The notes under the pieces are model-generated. The model was not told the origin of the DNA and searched no databases. It saw only the letters and a list, made by a program, of their open reading frames with translations. The position numbers and the translations under genes are program-made. Below, piece after piece: positions 59,899 through 64,000 of a DNA stretch of 64,000 nucleotides (position 1 is its first letter; every line of letters begins with the position of its first letter). The stretch is taken from positions 832,001-896,000 of the forward strand of contig CBDCVR010000014.1 in assembly GCA_965223155.1 (NCBI GenBank), in the 5' to 3' direction. Source of the DNA: Candidatus Multivoradales bacterium (GTDB taxonomy: Bacteria; Acidobacteriota; Thermoanaerobaculia; Multivoradales; JAHEKO01).

Positions 59899-62577
59899 TT
59901 GATCGGCGAGCGATTCGCACATTACGAGATCAGCGCCAAGCTCGGTGAAGGCGGCATGGGCGAGGTGTACCGCTCCACGGACACCAAGCTCGGACGCGAG
60001 GTGGCCATGAAGCTCCTTCCGGCCGAGATGTCGAAAGACCCCGGGCGGCTCGAGCGCTTCAAGCGCGAGGCGCAGACCATCGCTTCGCTCAACCATCCCA
60101 ACATCGTCACCATCCACTCGGTCGAAGAAGAGGGTGGGCGTCACTTCCTGACCATGGAGCTGGTCGATGGCCAGACCCTCGACCGCCTCATGAGGTTCGG
60201 CGGCCTGCCGGTCTCCCGGCTCTTCGAGCTGGCGATTCCCATCGCCGACGCCCCTGCCGAAGCCCATGCGCAGGGGATCACCCATAGAGACATCAAGCCC
60301 GCCAACGTGATGGTCAACGGGAAAGGCCAAGTCAAGATCCTCGACTTCGGCCTCGCCAAACTCGCCGAGGACGGCGCTGTTGACGGTGGAACCGCTACCG
60401 AGGCTCTGACCCAAGACGGCTTAGTGGTCGGAACCGTTCACTACATGTCGCCCGAGCAAGCGCGCGGCGAGCCCGCGGACCCGCGCTCCGACGTCTTCTC
60501 GCTCGGCGTGCTTCTCTTCGAGATAGCCACGGGCACGCTGCCCTTCCAAGGCAACAGTTCAGTAGAGATCCTGTCGTCGATCTTGAGAGACGAACCGGCC
60601 TCGGTCTCCGACGTCAACGCCGAGCTTCCGAATCACCTGGGCAGAGTTGTTCGGCGGTGCCTAGAGAAGGATCCCGACAAGCGCTATCAGTCGGCCCTTG
60701 ACATTCGCAACGAACTCCAGAGCCTAAGAAGGGAAATCGACTCCGGGGTGTCGAGGACGGCGGCGGTGCCTCCACCAGCGGCTTCCTCATCCGCTCCGGA
60801 TTGGAAGCGCCTCGTGCCCTATCTGCTCGCGGTCCTGATTGCAGCGCCGTTCACCTGGTGGGCTCTGCGCGATCGCGCCGCCGACCCGCCAGGCTCGGAG
60901 GCCGGCTCGGCGTCCCGCGCCGCAGCCGAGCGCCCGATGATCGTGGTTCTGCCCTTCGAGAACTTGGGCTCACCGGACGACGAATACTTCTCGGAGGGCA
61001 TGACCGACGAAGTGATCAACCGGCTGACGTCAGTGGCGGGTCTTGGCGTCATTTCGCGTACCACGGCTTTTCAGTACTCCACCGAGGGCAAGTCGTTGCC
61101 CACGATCGCTCGGGAGCTGCGCGTAGATCACGTGGTGACCGGCACGGTACGCTGGTCCAAGGGCAGTGACGGACCCAGCCGCGTGCGAATCACGCCACGG
61201 CTGGCCAATGCGGCAGAGGATCGCCAAGTCTGGTCTCAGACCTTCGAACGCGACGTTGCCGACGTTTTTGCCGTCCAAGACGAGATCGCTTCCAAGGTCG
61301 CCGCCAGCCTCGGTCTCGCCTTCGCCACCGCCGAGAGAGCGGCTTTCCAAGGGGCCACCCCCGAGGCATATCAGGCCTACCTCAAGGCGAACTCGCACCA
61401 CGTTCGACCCGGCGGCCATAGCCACGATCTGCGCCAAGCGCTCCGGCTGGCAGAGACCGCGACCGACCTCGCTCCCGGATTCGCTGCGGCTTGGGCTCTT
61501 CTCGCGGAGGCGAACGCCGTCTTCGTGATCTGGGGAAGAGACCTGCGACCCGAGCGCCTCGAGCAGGCGCGAGCGGCCCTGGCACGCGCCCAGGCCCTCG
61601 CGCCCGACTCTCCGGAGGCGATTTGGGCGCGCGCCCGTATTCTCTATGCCGAGGGCGACTACGAGGCGGCCCTCGCGGCCTATCAGGACTTGAATCGCTT
61701 GGAGCCCGCGAACCCACGGGTGGCGAACAGATTGGGCTCGATCTATCGTCGATTGGGTCGCTTCGAGGAGTCGGCCGAAGAGCTCGAGCGGGCAGCAGAG
61801 TTGGACCCCTTGGATGCATCGTCGAATCTGGCCTCGACTTGCGTCATGCTCCGCCGCCACGAGTGTGCGGATCGCGCGAGCTCGCGAGCGATCGAACTCG
61901 TACCCGACCAGGTGATCGGGCACTTCCTGAAGTTCCTGAATCTGCTTCTCTGGAGGGGAGACCTGGAGGCTGCGGCTCAGGTTGCGGCAGGTCTCGAACA
62001 GGCCGAAGGATTCTGGGCGGTCTGGATCAAATACCATGCCGCCCTGCTGGCTCGGGATGGCGCCGCGGCTCTGGCGGTCTTGGATGAAACCTCGCTCGAT
62101 GCGCTGACGCACTTCCGCGGGTACTGGCCCAAGGACCTCCTCAGGGCCAGGGCCTACCGGATCACAGGTGAGGCTGAGGCCGAGCGCCTTGCGCTCGAAG
62201 CGGCTGAGCAGCACCTCCGGGGGGAGCTGGATCGGCGGCCCAAGGACCCCCGGATCTGGGCGACGCTCGGCATTGTTCTGTCTCGCCTCGATCGGCCCGT
62301 CGCCGCAGTCGAGGCCGGCGAACAGGCGGTCTCGCTTTTCCCTCTCGAGCGCGATCCGTATACTGCACCGGCCTTCCTGGTGGATCTGGCGGAAACCTAC
62401 GCGCACAGCGGCCGGCCAGATGACGCGGTCGCGACGCTGGAGCAGGTACTCTCCATTCCCGAATTGTTGACGCCGCACTACATTCAGCTGGATCCGCGCT
62501 GGGATCCACTCCGGGGTCAGCCCGGCTTCGAGCGCATCACCGCAGCAGAGGTGAAGGGGCCGCGCACGTCTCCGTGA
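59899..62577 (+). CDS. Ser/Thr protein kinase - TM - TolB_N-like - TPR
   Basis: [21 protein letters not shown]; TM helix; IVVLPFEN...YFSEGMTDE; TPRs; LDPRWDPL. Confidence 0.95.
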   Translation: MIGERFAHYEISAKLGEGGMGEVYRSTDTKLGREVAMKLLPAEMSKDPGRLERFKREAQTIASLNHPNIVTIHSVEEEGGRHFLTMELVDGQTLDRLMRFGGLPVSRLFELAIPIADAPAEAHAQGITHRDIKPANVMVNGKGQVKILDFGLAKLAEDGAVDGGTATEALTQDGLVVGTVHYMSPEQARGEPADPRSDVFSLGVLLFEIATGTLPFQGNSSVEILSSILRDEPASVSDVNAELPNHLGRVVRRCLEKDPDKRYQSALDIRNELQSLRREIDSGVSRTAAVPPPAASSSAPDWKRLVPYLLAVLIAAPFTWWALRDRAADPPGSEAGSASRAAAERPMIVVLPFENLGSPDDEYFSEGMTDEVINRLTSVAGLGVISRTTAFQYSTEGKSLPTIARELRVDHVVTGTVRWSKGSDGPSRVRITPRLANAAEDRQVWSQTFERDVADVFAVQDEIASKVAASLGLAFATAERAAFQGATPEAYQAYLKANSHHVRPGGHSHDLRQALRLAETATDLAPGFAAAWALLAEANAVFVIWGRDLRPERLEQARAALARAQALAPDSPEAIWARARILYAEGDYEAALAAYQDLNRLEPANPRVANRLGSIYRRLGRFEESAEELERAAELDPLDASSNLASTCVMLRRHECADRASSRAIELVPDQVIGHFLKFLNLLLWRGDLEAAAQVAAGLEQAEGFWAVWIKYHAALLARDGAAALAVLDETSLDALTHFRGYWPKDLLRARAYRITGEAEAERLALEAAEQHLRGELDRRPKDPRIWATLGIVLSRLDRPVAAVEAGEQAVSLFPLERDPYTAPAFLVDLAETYAHSGRPDDAVATLEQVLSIPELLTPHYIQLDPRWDPLRGQPGFERITAAEVKGPRTSP

Positions 62578-62626
62578 TCGATTCGAGGCGAATCGATGTC
62601 TGAACCGAGTCGATAGCAGCTGGGTC

Positions 62627-62830
62627 TGGTGGAAGCGCGCTGGGCCACTCCAGAGCGCCCGAGCCACAGACGAGGACGCGACGACCGATGAGCATGCGCA
62701 TCCGGTGTCTGCGGAGCAGATGGCGGAAGCGCATGGGTCGCTCTAGAGCGCCCGAGCCGCAGGCGAGGACGCGACGACCGATGAGCATGCGGGTCCGGTG
62801 TCTGCGGAGCAGATGGCGGAAGCGCATGGG
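62627..62830 (-). repeat. Tandem 93/94-bp repeats, each ending in the tRNA-Sec 3' tail
   Basis: TGGCGGAAGCGCATGGG at 62721 and 62814, degenerate TGGTGGAAGCGCGCTGGG at 62627; near-identical intervening 76-nt units. Confidence 0.92.
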
Positions 62831-62881
62831 AATCGAACCCACTCCCGACGTGGCATCCCACGCCGGACTACGGTCTTGAAG
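62814..62881 (-). tRNA. selC: 3' half of tRNA-Sec (UCA), truncated at the anticodon loop; att-site copy
   Basis: Minus strand CTTCAAG-ACCGT, long variable arm CCGGCGTGG/CCACGTCGG, T arm GTGGG-TTCGATT-CCCAT, 8-nt acceptor strand GCGCTTCC-G-CCA; no matching 5' half upstream. Confidence 0.85.
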
Positions 62882-63139
62882 GTTGGCGCGATCCAACTGA
62901 CGACAACAGTCGGCAGCTGGTAACCACAGCCAACGCAGATGGTTGCGGGGCCCTGTCTTGTTGAGGGCTGTTGCGGAGAGTGGGCATGAGTTGCCGCCTG
63001 CTGCACCACCAGTGCACCACCAAACCCGCGGTTCAAAGAGTCGAGGAGACCAAGCCCCCCCACAACCCGCTTCTGCGAAGTGCGCGAGCGTTCTGGCGTC
63101 CACCCAAGATCCTCTCACTCGGTGCTCTATACTCCTTCC

Positions 63140-63403
63140 ATGCGGTCTGGAAAGAGCGACACCTCCCCCGACGTCGACGAGATACTCGTCGCGGGCTACC
63201 GCCGCATGACGCCTGGACAGAGGATGGACCGGGTCACCGATCTGAACCGCGCGCTACGCGAGCTGGCCCTCGCAGGTATCCGTCAGCGCCACGGCTCGGA
63301 CCTAACGGCGGAAGAGGAGAAACTCCACCTGGCCGCCCTCTCGATCGACCGGGAAACCATGATCCGCGCCTTTGGATGGGATCCCGACGAGCATGGCCTC
63401 TGA
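63140..63403 (+). CDS. Small helical partner of the nucleotidyltransferase
   Basis: SDTSPDV...YRRMTPGQRM...LALAGIRQRH; TATACT 6 nt before the ATG. Confidence 0.82.
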   Translation: MRSGKSDTSPDVDEILVAGYRRMTPGQRMDRVTDLNRALRELALAGIRQRHGSDLTAEEEKLHLAALSIDRETMIRAFGWDPDEHGL

Positions 63404-63986
63404 CGCCGGCGCCGACGCCCTTGAGCTAGCTCTGCGCGTGATCCGGATCCTGGAGGATCTGGGCGCGCCGGCCTGGATCGGAGGCTCGCTCGCCAGCTCG
63501 ATATTCGGGATCCCACGAGCCACGCAGGATGCGGACATCGTTGCCGATCTGCGCGCCGAAATGGTCCGCCCCTTCATCGAGAGGTTGGGTGAACACTTCT
63601 ACGCCGACTCCGAGCGCATCCGCGAGGGCGTCGAGCGGCGGTCATCGTTCAATCTGATCTACCTGCCCACCATGTTCAAGATCGACGTTTTCGTCCTCGG
63701 TCATGATTCCCGTTCACAGCGTGAGCTCGAACGGCGTCGCCATGTCGAGATCGGTGAAGCTCGAGGCCGAGTGCCCGTCACATCGCCGGAAGACATCGTG
63801 GTGCGCAAGCTCGCTTGGTACCGCGACGGGGGCTCGGTTTCCGATCGCCAGTGGCGAGACGCCCTGGGTGTCGCTCGAGTCCAGCGAGAGCGACTCGACT
63901 TGGACTACCTGAGTGGGGCGGCCGACGAGCTGGCGGTTACCGATCTTCTGGACGAGCTGCTCGCGGAGGCGGGGATAGCGCCCTAG
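63393..63986 (+). CDS. Pol-beta-superfamily nucleotidyltransferase, putative TA component
   Basis: WIGGSLASSIFGIPRATQDADIV, SFNLI, KIDVF, EDIVVRKLAW, RQWRD; paralog of 52219-52800. Confidence 0.82.
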   Translation: MASDAGADALELALRVIRILEDLGAPAWIGGSLASSIFGIPRATQDADIVADLRAEMVRPFIERLGEHFYADSERIREGVERRSSFNLIYLPTMFKIDVFVLGHDSRSQRELERRRHVEIGEARGRVPVTSPEDIVVRKLAWYRDGGSVSDRQWRDALGVARVQRERLDLDYLSGAADELAVTDLLDELLAEAGIAP

Positions 63987-64000
63987 CAGGCATACCTCAA

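Larger units (their letters stand above)
62875..64000. mobile_element. End of a putative integrative element inserted in selC, extending beyond the window
   Basis: tRNA homology stops exactly at the 7-nt anticodon loop; tandem TGCACCACCA repeats 63002-63022; no integrase seen in the window. Confidence 0.6.

Noticed and set aside
47391-62577. Diversity-generating retroelement acting on the kinase C-termini
   Set aside because: No reverse transcriptase and no TR/VR pair with adenine-specific differences seen
45736-62600. Integron cassette array of kinases
   Set aside because: No attC-like repeats between the genes, mixed orientations and no IntI
62627-62830. CRISPR array
   Set aside because: The intervening units are near-identical rather than unique spacers, the repeat is a tRNA 3' end, and no cas genes are present
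62814-62910. Complete functional tRNA-Sec
   Set aside because: No 5' acceptor strand, D arm or 5' anticodon strand can be paired

Overview
High-GC bacterial DNA. The pilT-pilC-pilS-pilR block, DUF4388 protein, FADGFESGD motif and expanded kinase-TolB_N-TPR family suggest Acidobacteriota (Thermoanaerobaculia-like); this is an inference. Positions 1-44.7 kb are mostly ordinary genes: a partial type IV pilus operon, moeA, a PhnCDE-type transporter with an unusual three-lobed binding protein, nucleoside salvage genes, a VapBC pair, a YtrA-type ABC operon, several secreted proteins of unknown function and a CTAG-flanked MITE. From about 44.8 kb the region looks accessory. It holds a fused glycosyltransferase/CmcI remnant, five eukaryotic-like Ser/Thr kinases with variable C-terminal TPR or propeller domains, three small-gene plus nucleotidyltransferase pairs, and a cupin gene whose 3' end is duplicated 7 kb away. 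It ends at a 3'-half tRNA-Sec (selC) attachment site followed by 93-bp tandem repeats that each end in the tRNA 3' tail. Many genes, including four TTG-start kinases, have a TAnnnT -10 box 6-9 nt before the start codon, suggesting leaderless expression. All calls come from reading the sequence; no database searches were run.
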